This document shows positions 30,958 to 32,000 of a stretch of DNA of 32,000 nucleotides, piece after piece. Source of the DNA: Longivirga aurantiaca (lineage in GTDB: Bacteria > Actinomycetota > Actinomycetes > S36-B12 > CAIYMF01); the NCBI RefSeq assembly GCF_042660085.1, contig NZ_JBHSTI010000008.1, positions 570,001 through 602,000 on the forward strand, in the 5' to 3' direction. Every line of letters starts with the position of its first letter. Position 1 is the first letter of the stretch. A model generated the notes under the pieces. It was given only the letters and a program-made list of their open reading frames with translations, had not been told where the DNA came from and made no database searches. A program made the translations under genes and the position numbers.

Positions 30958-32000
30958 CGGGATCCCTCGGTCAGCCCGTGGTCGGTCGCGTAGGTCGCTG
31001 CTGCGACGCGCGATCCGACGTCCAGGGCGGCGTAGATGTTGGCGATGTGCCGGTGCACCGTGTGCTCGCTCAGGTGGAGCTGGCGAGCGATCTCGGCGTT
31101 GCTGAGGCCGGCGGCGAGGAGTCGCAGCACCTCGGTCTGCCGCTCTGTCAGGGGCCCGTCGGCGGGCGTGCTCCTCAGCGGCCCGAGGATGGCCATGGCG
31201 GCGCGCTGCTGCTCGTCGGCGCGCACGTCGTCGGTCCGGCGCAGCGCGGCGGCGAGCTGCAGCCGAGCGTCGGCCTCATCGAACGGCCGCCCGGCGAGAT
31301 GGAAGCGGCGTACGGCGTCCTCCCACTTCTCGATCGCGGCGTCGTCGTCGGCGAGACGCGCCTCGGAGGAGTCTGCGTGCGCGGCGAGCGCGACGGTGCC
31401 GACGCGGTCGGCGATGCGGCGCAGCTCGGCGGCCGCCTGCTGCGCCTCGGCGAGGTTGCCCGCCGCGATGCCCGCGGCCACCGCGACGTCGAGGGCGCCG
31501 ACCCGCTCCAGAAGCTCGTCGCCGCGCATCGATCGGAGGAGCTCGGCGATGGTCGACCATGCACGCGCCGCATCGCCCTGGTCGAGCCGCAGCCGGGCGA
31601 GGCTTGTGACGGCCGCAGGCAGGTAGCCGGCCTGGGCCAGGAGCGCCTCGGCCTCGATGAGCCGGCCCTGCCTACGACGCACCTCGCCGAGCTGGGCGAC
31701 GGCGTCGAGCCGGCTCATCCGCTGCGATCGCTCGAGCCGGGACATCACATCGACCAGCGTCGACTCGGCGCCGGCGGAGTCTCCGCTCGCCAGCTGCACC
31801 GTGGCGTACTGCGTTCGGCAGACGGCGAACAGCGGGGCCAGCTCGTGCCGGACGCAGATGTCCTCGACGCGGGCGCACCAGTCACCGGCGCGCGCGAGGT
31901 CGTGCGTCTCCTGGCAGGCGCTGATGAGCCAGCAGCAGATCTTGCCCATCCACATGAGGCTCTCGACGTCGCCAGCTGTCGCCGCGGCGGCGGCCGAGTC
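30954..32000 (-). CDS. LuxR family transcriptional regulator, large (LAL/MalT-like) type, C-terminal part only
   Basis: C-terminal HTH LTERQTEVLRLLAAGLSNAEIARQLHLSEHTVHRHIANIYAALDV, preceded by TPR-like helical repeats. The frame stays open upstream of the first ATG (31955) to the window edge, so the N-terminus lies outside the window. Confidence 0.85.
   Translation of the reverse strand, partial: DSAAAAATAGDVESLMWMGKICCWLISACQETHDLARAGDWCARVEDICVRHELAPLFAVCRTQYATVQLASGDSAGAESTLVDVMSRLERSQRMSRLDAVAQLGEVRRRQGRLIEAEALLAQAGYLPAAVTSLARLRLDQGDAARAWSTIAELLRSMRGDELLERVGALDVAVAAGIAAGNLAEAQQAAAELRRIADRVGTVALAAHADSSEARLADDDAAIEKWEDAVRRFHLAGRPFDEADARLQLAAALRRTDDVRADEQQRAAMAILGPLRSTPADGPLTERQTEVLRLLAAGLSNAEIARQLHLSEHTVHRHIANIYAALDVGSRVAAATYATDHGLTEGSR

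Overview
Very GC-rich (about 70% by eye, not computed) actinobacterial chromosome segment. The PPA1309-like/UPF0182 gene pair suggests a Nocardioides/Propionibacteriales-like host (inference). All calls come from reading the ORF track and the sequence; no searches were run.

Layout:
(1) 1-3.8 kb, conserved core: a gene tail, a PPA1309-like protein and the UPF0182 membrane protein.
(2) 3.88-4.18 kb: initiator tRNA-Met followed by one inverted and one direct partial copy of its 3-prime end (att-like scars).
(3) 4.2-9.9 kb: TetR plus an mhp/hpp-like aromatic meta-cleavage module (FAD hydroxylase, C-C hydrolase, type I extradiol dioxygenase), ending in a 3-prime-truncated acyl-CoA ligase.
(4) 9.9-16.3 kb: a GntR-headed six-gene module (CocE/NonD hydrolase, LLM monooxygenase, flavin reductase, FAH-family enzyme, VOC extradiol dioxygenase). 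It is preceded by three perfect CTGTCGACAG palindromes.
(5) 16.3-16.75 kb: structured non-coding spacer.
(6) 16.75-20.45 kb, minus strand: ABC ATPase, fused ABC-2 permease, SAM methyltransferase and a small ORF.
(7) 20.45-26.8 kb, mosaic accessory stretch: a gene remnant, acr3-arsD-arsA without arsR or arsC, a Mutator-like transposase killed by two in-frame stops, a lower-GC orphan secreted protein, and decayed sequence.
(8) 26.8-32 kb, minus strand: LuxR (LAL-type, partial), a methyltransferase-AhpD-like fusion, a DrrAB-like exporter and a divergent PanB-like enzyme.

No CRISPR array, rRNA, integrase or recognisable defence system was seen. The best candidates for something undescribed are the GntR-controlled module with its operator array, the LuxR/methyltransferase-AhpD/exporter/PanB-like cluster, and the tRNA-fMet 3-prime-end repeats. 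None of them can be proven from sequence alone.
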